Positions 28,083 through 42,330 of a stretch of 64,000 bases of DNA are shown in pieces (the stretch's first letter is position 1; each line of letters opens with the position of its first letter). Location: assembly GCF_009914755.1 (NCBI RefSeq), contig NC_060925.1. The stretch is one strand, 5' to 3'. This stretch comes from the human T2T-CHM13v2.0 reference genome, Homo sapiens. The notes under the pieces are model-generated. The model saw only the letters and a program-made list of their open reading frames with translations, made no database searches and was not told the origin of the DNA. A program made the position numbers and the translations under genes.

Positions 28083-28554
28083 ATGATATTCCAAGTGTAA
28101 TCTTTTTTTCATTGCCTTTCTGTTTAGAGAACTTTTAGCAGAGAAAGGGTAGATTACTCTTTCTAGGGTGACAAATTCTCCTACTTTTCCTTCATCTGAG
28201 AATGTCTTGGTTTGCCCTTTATTCCTTAAGGAAATTTTCACTGGCTGTAGGATTCTAAGTTGACAGTTCTTTTCTTTCAGTGGCTGAAAACTTTGTCACT
28301 CCTTTCTGGCATCCATGGTTTCTGAATGAAAAACTCTCTGTCATAGAAGTTGCTTTTCCGCCATAGGGTATAGTTTCCTTACTATCTTATGTGCCCAGGC
28401 ACTTTTTGTACATTTCCTGCCCCAGACACACCTGGAATCAGCTATTTCTCCAAGAAACCCTGGTTTCTTCTAATGAGGAACGTTGCTTCACAGTGACAGT
28501 TGGGTGCTAGGGAATGCTCCTTGCCACTGGGCCTGGAATACAACCAACGTTTTC

Positions 28555-31500
28555 TCTTTTTTGTTGTTGTTCATTTTTAAAAAAAATTTTATTTTAGGTT
28601 TTGGGGTACACGTGAAGGTTTTTTACATAGGTAAACACATGTCACAGGTTTGTTATACATATTATTTCATTACCCGGGTATTAAGCCCAGTACCCAATAG
28701 TTGTCTTTTTTGTTCCTCTTCTTCCTCCCACCCTTCCCCTTCAAGTAAATCCCAGTGTCTGTTGTTTTCTTCTTTGTGTTTACAGGTTCTTATCATTTAG
28801 CTCCCACTTATAAGTGAGAACATGCAGTATTTGGTTTTCTGCTCCTGCATGAGTGAGATGGTTTGGCTTTGTTTCTCCACTGAAATCTCATCTTTAATTG
28901 TAACCCCATGTATTGAGGGACTTGGTGGGAGGTGACTGGATCATGGGGGAGTTTTCTCCCATGCTGTTCTTGTGATAGTGAGGGAGTTCTCGTGAGATCT
29001 CATATTTTAAAAGTGGCAATTTCCCCTGCCTGCTCTTTTTCTCCCACTGCCATGTATGAAGGTACTTGCTTCTCCTTAGTCTTCCATCATGATTGTAAGT
29101 TTCCTGTGGCCTCCACAGCCATGTGGAACTGTGAGTCAATTAAGCCACTTTTCTTTATAAATTACACAGTCTCAAGCAGTATCTTTATAGCAGTATGAAA
29201 ACAGACTAATACAGAAAATTGGTACCAGGAGAGGGGTATGCTCTAAAGATAACCTGAAAATATGGAATTGACTGTGGAACTGAGTAATGGGCAGAGGTTG
29301 GAACAATTTGGAGGGCTCAGAAGAAGACAGAAAAATGTGTGAAAGTTTGAAAGTTCCTAGAATCTTGTTGAATGGTTTTGATCAAAATGCTGATAGTAAT
29401 ATGGACAGTGCCAGGCTTAGGTGGTCTCAGATGGAGATGAGGAACTTCTTAGGAACTGGAGCAAATGTCACTCTTGCTATGCTTTAGTTGGTGGCATTTT
29501 GCCCCTGCCCTAGAGATCTGTGGAACTTTGAACATAAGAGAGATGATTTAGGGTATCTGGTGGAAGAAATTTCTAAGCAGAAAAGCATTCAAGAGGTAAC
29601 CTGGCTGATTCTGAAAACATTCAGTCATATGTGCTCACAAAGAGATTATCTGAAACTGGAACTTTTATTTAAAAGAGAAGCAGAGCATAAAAGTTTGGAA
29701 AATTTGCAGCCTGTCCATGAAATAGAAAAGAAAAACCCATTTTCTGGGGAGAAATTCAAGCCACCTGCAGAAATTTGCATAAGTAAGAGGAACAGAATGT
29801 TAATCCCCAAGACAGTGGGGAAAATGTCTCCAGGGCATTTCCAAGATCTTCATGGCAGCCCCTCCCATCACAGGCCCAAAGGCCTAGGAGGAGAAAATGG
29901 TTTTGTGGGCTGGTCCCAGGGCCCTGCCTTTCTGTGCAGCCTGGGAACTTGGTGCCCTGTGTCCCAGCCACTCTGGCTCCAGCCAAGGCTAAAAGGGGCC
30001 AACGTACAGCTCAGGCCATTGCTTCAGATGGTGCAAGCCCCAGGCTAGGTGGCTTCCATGTGGTGTTAGGCCTGTGAGTGTGCAGAAGACAAGAGGTGAG
30101 GTTTGAGAACCTCTGCCTAGATTTCAGAGGATTTATGGAAATGCCTGGATGTCAAGGCAGAAGTCTGCTGCAGGGGTAGAGTCCTCATGGAGAACCTCTA
30201 CTAGGATAATGCAGAGGGGAAATGTGGAGTTGGAGCTCCCACACAGGGTCTCCACTGGGGGACTGCCTAGTGGAGCTGTGAGAAGAGGGCCACAGTTCTT
30301 CAGTCTGCAGAATGGTAGATCCACTGATATCTTGCACTGTGCACCTGAAAAAGCTGCAGGCACTCAACGCCAGCCCATGAAAACAGCCTCAGGAGCTATG
30401 CCATGCAGAGCCACAGGGGCAGAGCTGTCCTAGGCATTAGGAGCCCACCCCTTGCATCGGTGTGCCCTGGATGTGAGACATGGAGTCAAAGGAGATTATT
30501 TTGGAGATCTAAGATTTAGTGAATGTCCTGCTGGGTTTTGGACTTGCATGGTGCCTGGGACCCTTTGTTTTGGCCAATTTCTCCCACTTGCAATGGGAAC
30601 ATTTGCCCGACGCTTGTACTCCCATTGTATCTTGGAAGTAACTAACTTGTTTGTGATTTAATAGGCTTATAGGCAGAAGGGACATTCCTTGTCTCAGATA
30701 AGACTTTGGACTTGGACTTTTGAGTTAATGCTGGAATGAGTTAAGACTTTGGGGAACTGTTAGGAAGGCAAGATTGGTTTTGAAATGTGAAAAGGACATA
30801 AGATTTGGGAGGGGCTGTGGTGGAATGATATGGTTTGGCTTTGTGTTTCCACCCAAATCTCATCTCAAATTGTAATGTCCACATGTTGAGGGAGGGACGT
30901 GCTGGGAGGTGATTTGATCATGGGGGTGGTTTTCCCCATGCTGTTCTTGTGATAGTGAGGTGTTCTTACGAGATCTGATTGTTTAAAAGTGGCAGTTTTC
31001 CCTCTCTCTCTCTCTTCTGCCACCATGCAAGAAGGTGCTTGCTTCCCTTTTGCCTTCTGCCATAATTGTAAGTTTCCTAAGGTCTTCCCAGCTATGCAGA
31101 ACTGTGAGCCTATTAAGCCTCTTTACTCAGTCTCAGACAGTATCATTATAGCAGTGTATGGACTAATACAGTTACTTTGCTAAATATGATAGCCTCCTGC
31201 TTCATCAATGTTCCCACAAAAGACACAATCTCATTCTTTTTTATGGCTGCATGATATTCCATGGTGTATGTATACCACATTTTCTTTATCCAGTCTGTCA
31301 TTGATGGGCATTTAGGTTATTCCATGTCTTTGCTACTGTAAATAGTGCTGCAATGAACATTCGTTTGCATGTGTCTTTATGCTAGAATGCTTTATGCTCC
31401 TCTCGGTAAATATCCAGTAATGGAATTGCTGGGTTAAATGGTAGTTCTGCTTTTAGCTCTTTGAGGACTTGCCATACCGCTTTCCCCAATGGTTGAACTA

Positions 31501-32958
31501 ATTTACATTCCCACCAACAGTGTATAAGTGTTCCCTTTTCTCCACAACTTCATCAACATCTGTTATTTTTTGACATTTCAATAACAGCCATTCTGATTGG
31601 TGTGAGATTATATTTCATTGTGGTTTTGATTTGCATTTCTCTAATGATCGGTGATATTGAGATTTTTTTCATATGCTTGTTGACTGCATGCATGTCTTCT
31701 TTTGAGAAATGTCTGTTCATGCCTTTGCCACATTTTAATGGGGACTTGTCTTGGATGAGACTGAGACTTTTTTTCTTGAAAATTTGTTTAAGTTCCTTAT
31801 AGATGTTGGATATTAGACCTTTGTCAGATACATAGTTTGCAAATATTTTCTCCCATTCTGTAGGTTTTCTGTTTACTCTGTTGATAGTTTCTTTTGCTGT
31901 GCAGAAGCTATTGAGTTTATTTAGATTCTACTTGCCAATTTTTGCCTTTGTTACAATTGCTTTTGGTGTTCTTGTCATGAAATCTTTGCCAAATCCTATG
32001 TCCAGGATGGTATTGTCTAGGTTGCCTTCCAAGGTTTTTATAGTTTTGGGTTTTACATTTAAGTATTTAATCCATTGTGAGTTGACTTTTGTATATGGTG
32101 TAAGGAAAGGGTCTAGCTTCAATCTTCTGCATATGGTTAACCAGTTATCCCGGCACCATTTATTGAATAGAGAGTCTTTTTCCCATTGTTTGTTTTTGTC
32201 AGCTTTGTCAAAGATCAGATGGTCATAGATGTGCAACCTTATTTCTGGGCTCTCCATTCTTTTCCATTGGTCTATTTGCCTGTTTCTGTACCATTACCAT
32301 GCTGTTTTGGTTACTGTATCCTTGTAGTATAGTTTGAAGTCAGGTAACATGATGCCTACAGCTTTGTTCTTTTTGCTTAGGATTGCCTTGGCTATTCATG
32401 CTCTTTTTTTGGTTCCATATACATTTAAAAATATTTTTTCTAGTTCTGTGAAGAATGTTATTGGTAGTTTGACAGGACTAGCATTGAACCTGTAAATTGC
32501 TTTGGGCAGTATAGCCATTTTAATGATACTGATTTTTCCTATCCATGAGCCTGGAATTTTTTTTTTATTTGTGTCATCTCTGATTTTTTTGAGCAGTGTT
32601 TTGTAATTCTCATGGTAGAGATCTTTTACTTCCCTGGTTAGCTATATTTCTAGGTATTTTGTGTGTGTGGCAATTATAAATGAGATTGCCTTTCTGATTT
32701 GGCTCTTGGTTTGACTGTTGTTGGTGTATAGGAATGGTAATGATTTTTGTACATTGATTTTGTATCCTGCAATTTTGCTGAAGTTGTTTATCAGCTGAAG
32801 GGGCTTTTGGGCTAAGACTATGAGGTTTTCTAGATACAGAATCATGTCGTCTGCAAACAGAGATAGTTTGACTTCGTCTCTTCCTATTTGCACGTTCTTT
32901 ATTTCTTTCTCTGATTGCCTGGTTACTCTGGCTAGGACTTCTAATACTATGTTAAACA
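28555..32958 (-). mobile_element. 5'-truncated L1PA16-like element
   Basis: 3'UTR then ORF2 remnants (ORFs 31928..32257, 32642..32893); TSD gaatacaaccaacgttttc / gaatataaccagtgttttc. Confidence 0.9.
28854..31170 (+). mobile_element. Full-length MSTA/THE1D-like MaLR provirus inside the L1
   Basis: 5' LTR 28854-29213, internal 29214-30825, 3' LTR 30826-31170. Confidence 0.9.
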
Positions 32959-32987
32959 GAATATAACCAGTGTTTTCAATGGGGCAT

Positions 32988-33229
32988 GTAGCTACAATCT
33001 TGAATTTTGCTAATCACCAATGCAGAGAAAAAGGGGACTTTGGAGGGTTTTTACATCTGCAACTAAATGCTCTGTCATAGAGTGATGCATGTTACTTCCA
33101 TTCCTAACTCATTGGCCAGGACTAGTTGCCTGGCCTTATCCAATCATAAGGGGCCCAAGAAATGCACTCCTATCATGAATCTTGGAAGCAAAAATGGAAA
33201 ATATTTGAATGGTAGTAATGTACCTCACA
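32988..33229 (-). mobile_element. MLT1K-like LTR, right part
   Basis: aactcattggccaggactagt...aaggggcccaagaaatgcactccta...ggaaaatatttg. Confidence 0.75.
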
Positions 33230-33319
33230 GTACGAGAACCCCATATGCAGCCTGGTCTAATCAATTAGACATCAAATTAATGTTTAGAAAATGTATTGAA
33301 TCAGAACTGAAAGTGGTAG

Positions 33320-33545
33320 GGACAAACACAATGTTTGAAGTCAGATCTATGTTTGAATCTTGATTCCTCTGCTACCTAGTTCTGTTTCCCTGAATGAGTT
33401 ATATATTGTCTCTTTCCGTATTTGAACTGGAGATGATGATTGCATATTATTTTGTGGGATTATTTTAAGGAATAATGGAGAATGCATGTAAAGCTTCTAG
33501 CCTATTTTCTAGAACATAGTAAATGCTCAATGCTTAGTAACTCTA
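33320..33545 (+). mobile_element. MIR SINE
   Basis: tttgaagtcagatctatgtttgaatct...aatgcatgtaaagc...catagtaaatgctcaat. Confidence 0.75.
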
Positions 33546-33855
33546 CTATTTCCTCTTGGTGGAAATTTCTACCTATGTTTTTTGAAACTTAAAAAAAACT
33601 TTGTTTCTTACTACCTAACCTGCCATTGTGAAACTTAATTTTTTAAAAATAAAGTAATATGCATTCATAGTTTAAAAGTTAAATTATCATGTCTGATAAC
33701 AAAATAGCAGAACTCTTGCCAACCTTTTTACCCCAAATTTTCATTTCCAGAAGAAACTACTTTTAATATTTTTAGTTGCTTCTGGTATTACCCATTTATA
33801 TATGGTATGCTAATGTCACCTAAAATTGAAAAAAATCAATGAATATTATCTATTA

Positions 33856-34038
33856 TAGTTGGCCCTGCATATCCATGGGTTTTATATCTGTAGATTTAAC
33901 CAACTGTAGATAAAAACCTGCAGATATGAAGGTTGACTATACTACACCATTTTATATAAGGGACTGGAGCATCCCCAGAATTTGGTATCCACAGAGAATC
34001 CTGGAACCAATCCATCATGGATACAGAGGGCTGACTAT
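33856..34038. mobile_element. MER2-like TcMar-Tigger MITE
   Basis: Terminal inverted repeats agttggccctgcatatccatgg / ccatcatggatacagagggctgact; internal ccattttatataagggact. Confidence 0.75.
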
Positions 34039-35104
34039 ACACATCTATAAGAGAAAATGAGGATTAGGCTTCCATACCAACCTCTCCCACTATAACCCAT
34101 AAATTACAATTTTGCATTGAATTAATAGTCAGTAGTCAGTCTCTGTCGTGATGATGCAAACATGTTCTGTGCTGAGCCAGTAATAAATTGTGATTGCTTT
34201 TTTTTTAATTTCTCCACCCCTGCATTTTGTTTTATTTGCTTAGTTATTTATTTGCCTTATTTTCTGTGCCCATCCCCAGAGTCTTTGCCAGAGCTGTAAA
34301 ACACCTCCGTATGGTCAAACTGGTTCTCTTGCTTTCTTGTTCTTGCTCTCTCTCTCTCTCACTCTGAGATATTCCCCTAAAGTCCTAATCCTTTTGTTAT
34401 CAACTAGACTGGGCGCTCCCTAGGTGACTCAACAGCTGCCACTCTCCTTGGTCTTCCTTTTACTATCATTTCAAGGATTCATGTCATATCCTCTTGTGTT
34501 AGGATCTCAGAAGCAGGAGTTCCATGGGCCCACATTTCTTGGTTTATTCCCTTTCTTTATTGGATTCTACCTTTTAGTAGCTTCCTGAAAAGCGTGCATG
34601 GGAATGAAATTTGAGTCTCTACTAATCTAAAAATGTTTTTTTTTTTGTGCTTTCAAGCTTCTTTTATAACTTAACCCAGCAGAATTCTAGGTTGAAAATT
34701 ACATTTCTAAGGGCTTTGTTTCATCCTTTTTCAGCCTCCAATGTTCTTGCTGTCAAGAAATCCAGTATGCTGGATGCCATACCTGTTTTTCTTTAGAAGC
34801 TTTTAGGATCTTCTCCTGATCTCTGATGTTCAGACAGAAACTTCACAATGTGGCTAGGTATGAGTCCCTTTACATTTGTAGTACTTGCTGGGTACACTGC
34901 TGGGACTCTGAAATGTTGTTATAATTTTTGAATATTAAGAAAGAAGTGTTTCTTTTCTCTTTCTGGAACATTTATTATTTAGATATTTAGCTCCTGGAGT
35001 GATCTATCTGTTTTGCTCTTGATTCATTTGTTCTATTTTTTTTTTTTTTTTTTGGTGAGACTTTCTCAGTGTTAGACTTCAAGTCATCTCTTAAAAATTA
35101 AATC

Positions 35105-35414
<310 letters not shown>

Positions 35415-36519
35415 TCATTTTTATTTTTTAAGATGTCTATTTTGTTATTCCTCTGTATTAACATCTCACAATTTCATGGGTACAAAATCATCTCTAACTC
35501 ATCTTCTTTTTTGCAGTCATCTGATATATAATACATTGACTATATCTAGAGAGCTTCTTTTTTTAGCTTTTACTTAAATTATATAGTTCTTTTGTATTCC
35601 AGTAACTATTCTAGGTGGTTTTACAAGTATTTACTTATTTGATAATCTACCTCTTATGAGGAAGGTCTCATGAAGTGATCCAAAGTCATTTGTTCAAGTC
35701 CCACAGATTGCAAATGGCAGAGCAGGGATTTGAACCCAGGCCTTTGGCTCTAGAGCCCATGCTCTTAGCTACAATAACTAGGAGCTACATGCTTCCCTCA
35801 GGGGTCAGTCATGTCAGAGTGGGCTGTTTTGTCATACTTCGAGAGACACAAATGCTGGCAGGAAGCCTTGTATGCATGGGTGATGCTTGTCTGCTGGTGA
35901 GTCTCTCACAGGGTGTTTGGATAAAGACCTAGACATTCAGCAGGGACTCCTAAGTGTCAGTATCTCAGGAGTATCCTGAAAGGAGATGTATCGGGGTGAT
36001 AAAAAACTGGCTTTAGCATTCTGATTGCTGCGTGGAGAAATACAATATATAGGCTTTTTCTTAATTTCCCTGTTTTTATTACAGCCTTGCTCTTGCCTTT
36101 AGCTGTGCTTGGCATTCATGAGTCCTGGGACTTTCTGGCTCAGCTACTCTCTGCAGTGTCCTTACCATTTTAAAAAATCACATTGCAGGAAGGGGGATGG
36201 GCAATCTAAGTGTTCCTTACAAATTTTCAATTCATTTTCCTATTTTTCAGCCCTCTTCCAATACCTACCTTCAGAAATGCCCTCTGCCTCTAGTTCTGAG
36301 CCTTTCTGGATTTCTATGATGTGTGTTGCAGCTTTCTGTTGACTGCCTTCCACTCCTCCTTGCCACGCCACTCCACTTTCAGCTTTCTCTGCCTTACGAT
36401 GATCATCCTTTAGACATCTCCCTTCCAGCTGTCAATGTTTGTTGACAATTTATCTTCTCCCATCTCCCTCCTTCTTGTTGCCTTAGTGGCTTTCTACTTT
36501 TTTATTTAAAAAATTATCA

Positions 36520-37217
<698 letters not shown>

Positions 37218-38354
37218 TGATCCAGACCTGAGCCTGTAGGTGAAGACCTCTTGAGAAAGAAGGCACAATAGAAGGGCAAGGCATTTGGGAATGATGGCTT
37301 TGTGCAGTACCTGTTATGTGATAGCAAGTCATTTATAATCTATATGAAGAAGGTATCACTTCACATTAGAAAAGGGTAAAAGAAGGATAAGAAATGACTC
37401 TGATCTGGGAGAAATAAAAAATTAGACAAGTTTGGATTAGGGAATTCTACTTCTTGTAGCTTTTCCATTTTCCAGCCTAGCCCCCTGGGAACCTGTTTCT
37501 GGCATAGGATATAATCAATGTCTGGAGTCCTCTCTGCATGTGAGGTCAGTCTTTATGTGTTGCAGCTATTGAAATACGTTTTCAGCCCAGAGTTACCTGG
37601 AGGATATAGCACCTGTCTTTGCTTGGATACTATAGGGAGAATAATTGCTTCATAGTCTTTCAAAGGATGAACTTTCATTATGTGTAATAGACTCTGGCAA
37701 TGGTGCTAGCACAGCACTCATATTCTCTTCCTAACAATTTCTTGATATTTTCAGGGATTACTTCTTCCCCTGTGTGGGTGCTTTAGCTAGGACAAGTCAG
37801 GTCAGTTCTTCCCATCCTGTTTAGTTGCTGAGAGGGCATTTCCTTCCTCATGCCATCCTAATACAGCCTGGGAGTAGGCAGGAGACCCAAACTCTGTCAG
37901 TCAGATGCCCTTGTCTGAGACTTTGAATTCTGAGAGTGATGCAACACCAGAAAAAATGGTTGGCAGTCATGCATCTCAGCTGCTGTTCACTGATCAGATA
38001 CTTATGCTTTATAAGTATAGTTGGCTTCTGCAGTCTCTGCTTCCAAGTCCCTAGAGATATCTTAGATGTTCTTGTACCAATTAGGGTTCTGGCTGCAAGC
38101 TACAGTACTGACTGTGGCTTTCTCAAGTAAGAGCAAGGAATGTATTGGAAGGATATGGAAACTAGAAATTGGTGGGAGGCTGAAGGACCAGACTTAGAAC
38201 CTGGGCATGAACCAAACATGCTCTAGAGTGTTAAGAAGTAGGAAGCATGAAAATCAGATTTTAATAGAAACAGTCCACCAGAACAAATTTGCAGCTGCTG
38301 ACACATGCTGCTATGTCATTAAGCCACCCCCATAGCTACTTTGGGATTATTCTC

Positions 38355-38546
38355 TTTTTTTTTTTTTTTGAGACGGAGTCTTGCTCTGTTGCCCAGGCTG
38401 GAGTGCAGTGATGTGATCTCAGCTCACTGCAAGCTCTGCCTCCTGGGTTCATGCCATTCTCTTGCCTCAGCCTCCCAAGTAGCTGGGACTACAAGCACCC
38501 ACCACCATGACGGGCTAATTTTTTGTATTTTTAGTAGAGATGGGGT
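38355..38546 (-). mobile_element. 5'-truncated AluY-like element inside an old MLT1 remnant
   Basis: Right arm plus part of the left arm; TSD tgggattattct at 38342-38353 and 38546-38557. Confidence 0.9.
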
Positions 38547-39557
38547 GGGATTATTCTTAATTGTCCTTTTGTCTCTACCACTCTCTGCAGATTCAAAGTG
38601 TCAAGTGGGATGGAGGGTGTGCCAAGACTGGGTCACGTACCCGGCCACTGATTTTGGATTCCACGCAGCCAGAAGTGGGCAGGCCCACCAAACTGCTGAT
38701 TTCCACTCCAGGTTTCCCTAACTTCATGTGGGTTCTGCAAATTCCCAGTTTCCTTCCAATAACTTCTCTTTGTTCACTAGCCAGAAGCCTGTGTCTTATA
38801 TATAAAGATCCCTCTACAATCAGGTAGGTATCATTCTTCCCACTGAACTCTGTTTATTGGTGCATCTTAGAACTTTGGAAATCTTGAATTCTAGACTGCG
38901 TATTTGTTCTTGACCCATCAGCTTGATTATAATGTTTAGGGGAGAAAACAATTTGTATGTCTTTTGCTTATAGCAGTTTATCGAGGACTGGCCACGAAGA
39001 GCATTTTCTACTTTCTTGGCCCTGGAGCTGGCAGTTCGCATTGAAGTGTCAGCAGTGAGCAAAGTCACCAGCACTTGGAGATGGGCCTGTAAAGTGAGTC
39101 AGTGTGGCCAATCCATTCCCACTGGGCACATTCAAGCTTGAGTACTTTTCTCTGAGGAGCTCATTACTGTGGGGGTAGGGAGGCAGTTTCAGGCAGTTTC
39201 ATGTAAACATGAACGAGAAACCACTTTGCCCGCTACTAGAATTTGGTTAAGGAGATTTAACTAGTTCTGGGGAACCAGAACTCCCTGGGAAGCTGTGTGT
39301 AAAATGTGCTTGTGTGTAGGCACGCATGCTAACTTTTTGGAGGAGAGGGTCCCTGGTTTTTAGGAACCAATAGGGGTCTACAATATCCAAAAATACCCAT
39401 TGAATTGTGTTGTGAATTCTGAGCTTCTTAAAAATGAAGAAGTGGTGTTAGCCACATAACTCTGAATTTACTAAAAACTATTGAATTGTATGTTTAAATG
39501 GGTAACTTGCACATATGTGAATGATAGCTCAAGAAAGCTTTTAAAAACTAACCCTTG

Positions 39558-39870
39558 GGCTGGGTGCGGTGGCTCATGCCTGTAATCCCAGCACTTTGGG
39601 AGGCCAAGGCCGGCGGATCACAAGGTCAAGAGTTAGAGAGCAACCTGGCCAACATGGTGAAACCCCGTCTCTATTAAAAATACAAAAATTAGCTGGGCGT
39701 GGTGGTGCATGCCTATAGTCCCAGCTACTCAGGAGGCTGAGGCAGGAGAATCACCTGAACCTGGGAGGTGGAGGTTTCAGTGAGCCAAGATTGCACCACT
39801 GCACTCCAGCCTGGCAACAGAGCGAGACTCTGTCTCAAAAAAAATAAATAAATAGAAATAAAAAGTAAAA
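39558..39870 (+). mobile_element. AluSc-like
   Basis: Full dimer; TSD aaaa(c/g)taaccctt. Confidence 0.95.
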
Positions 39871-41038
39871 AGTAACCCTTTAGTACTAACCTATTTTTGA
39901 GCTGGGGATTGCCTGAACGATGGGCTCATCTTGGGTCCTCAGTGAATTTGGGTATTATTGAGCTTCTTGGGATGTCATTGCCTGATACCCAAATACAGTC
40001 ATTTGGTGGTGCTTCTAAGTGAGTTATTGGCTTTCAGTCCTGGACCGAGGACCATATCTAATCCCATGATGAGTAGAAGAAAAAGCTTATTTCATTTGCT
40101 GCCCTAAGAATGATTGTAGTTCTGGTAATGGGTGAAGATATGAGTGCACTGAAAGTTTAGCCAAAATCCTTCACTTTAGTGAGCCTCAGTTCCCTCCAGC
40201 TGGTACTTGTCACCCTGTTAAGTGATCAGGACTCAAGATATTTTGTATTATTTGGGGGGAACTGCTATGTAGTGATATTGGGGACTATTGCACTCAAACT
40301 GAAACAAAAATCAGGAAAAATTAATGTTGGACCCTCCTGGGATCCTACAGAACACATCAGGCAATTAGGGGGTCAACATAGCGAGCATTAAGTAAAAATA
40401 AGTCGAATCTATCTTGTGTGTAGCCATAAAAATGCAAGCGTGCCCATATCCTGTTCATGGCTAATTCTTGGGTGGCTTCCATCACAGCTGCACAGAGTCT
40501 GAGCATGTGACCATGGCCTGGGTGGCCCTCTCACCTTGGCCCATTGCTCTGTTCCACCTGCTCCATGCCACGTGCCCCTCCTAGCCCACCATGCTCTTTT
40601 TTCGTCTTTGAAGCTTTGTTTATGCTCCTTAGGATCACTCCGTTCCTCCTAGCCAGCTCCTCTTCTTTTCCACTCTGTAAAAGTTTGCCTGCTATTGTCT
40701 CTTCCAAGAGTCCTCCATGGCCCTGCAGAGTGCTTAGGTATCCTACTCCCAGCTTCTTACCATCACTTCCTTTACCACCCTGTGCCATTTGTAATGCCAC
40801 TTCCTTACACCCATGTGCGCTTGTGTGGGCAGGAGGCTTTTTGAAGCTGTAGTGCCCTAAGTTACTTATACACAAAAATCCTGCAACTGCTCTCTCCCTG
40901 GGTAGTAGCTACTCTTGTAGCTACCCTCATTGAAGAGGTCAGTGAGAGCCAGGTCTGCCTGGAGATGGGGTAGAGGAGGCCCCACTGAGACTTGTGCTCT
41001 AGAGAACAGCTGGCTCCATATTCTGGAATTCAAGGGCT

Positions 41039-41512
41039 ATGTTAGTTTCCTAGGGCTGCCACGACAAATTTTCATAAACTGGGGGGCTTAAAACAGCAGA
41101 AACTTATTCTCTCACATTTCTGGAGGTCAAAAGTCCTAAGTCAAGGTATCAGCAGGGCCATGCTCCCTCCGAAAGCTCTAAAGGGGGGTCATTCTTTGAC
41201 CCTTCCAGCTGCTGGTGATGGCCAGCAATCCTTGGTGCTCCTTCCCTTATGCAACTCCAATCTCTGCCTCCATCTGCACGTGGCCTTTCTCCTGTGTGTC
41301 CCTGTGTCCAGATTGCCTTCCTCTTACAAAGGCACTAGCTACTGAGTTAGCGTCATATCCTAATTTGATGTAGGGGGGATGTGGCCCACCGTAATCCAGT
41401 ATGACCTCATCTTAACCTGACTACATCTGCAAAGACCTCATTTCCAAATAAGGTCACATTCACAGTTTCCGGGCAGACATGGATTTTTTGGTGGGTTACC
41501 GTTCAACCCAGT
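41039..41512 (-). mobile_element. MLT1C/B-like MaLR LTR
   Basis: atgttagtttcctagggctgcc...aatccagtatgacctcatcttaac...tttccaaataaggtcacattcac. Confidence 0.85.
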
Positions 41513-41529
41513 CTATAAGTTCCTCCTTC

Positions 41530-42330
41530 ATATGTTCCCCCTTCACTAAATAGTTCATGCATCCTCTCATTTGCCAGCTTTAAAAGCCTGGAAGTCACTC
41601 ATAATATTCTTTCTTCCCCCTCTTTATTCTATCTCTGAAACAGATCCCACATGGATCACATTTGTCTGTCTTTCCATTTCTTCCTGACCACCCTGGCTGG
41701 GGCTACGATCATCAGAATGACTTTCTTTGCTCCTCCTGTTGCCTTACTATCGCCCATCCTCTCTTCTGCAGCTGGGGATATCTGTTTGAAACTTAAATCA
41801 GGATGCTACTTGGATTGACCCTTCCAAAGCCTGCCCATTGTGCATTACAGAAAACCCGAAAGACTTATGGCTTGTGAGGCTCTATGTGGTCCAGCTGCTG
41901 CCTCCTGTCCCAGCATCACTTCCGGCCACTCTACCTCTGGCTATGCTCCAGCCACAGTGACACCTTTCGGTTCCCAGAACATATTTGCATGTCCTTTCCT
42001 TAGCACGTGTCCTGCCTGTCCTCCTGCAACCCCCAAAGCCTACCCCTTTACCAGCTAATTAACCAATCATGCAGGTATTCGCTTCAATGCCACTCTCTTG
42101 ATTTAAACACTTCTCTGACCGCTGAGTCTACAGGGGTACCCCTATCAATCTCATTATGCCCTTTGTGGGGACGATGCACTTGTCCCTTGCAATTATGCTT
42201 CTGTGATTGCCTGTTTAATCTATGTCCACCCTGTTACACTATTAGCTCCATGAAGGCATGGGTCATCTTGTTCACAGCTGTATCCCTTGTACCTGGAAGA
42301 ACATCTGGCACAGATATTTGCAGGAATTAA
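41530..42330 (+). mobile_element. L2 fragment
   Basis: Degenerate L2 3' region ending agctccatgaaggcatggg...tgttcacagctgtatcc. Confidence 0.65.
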
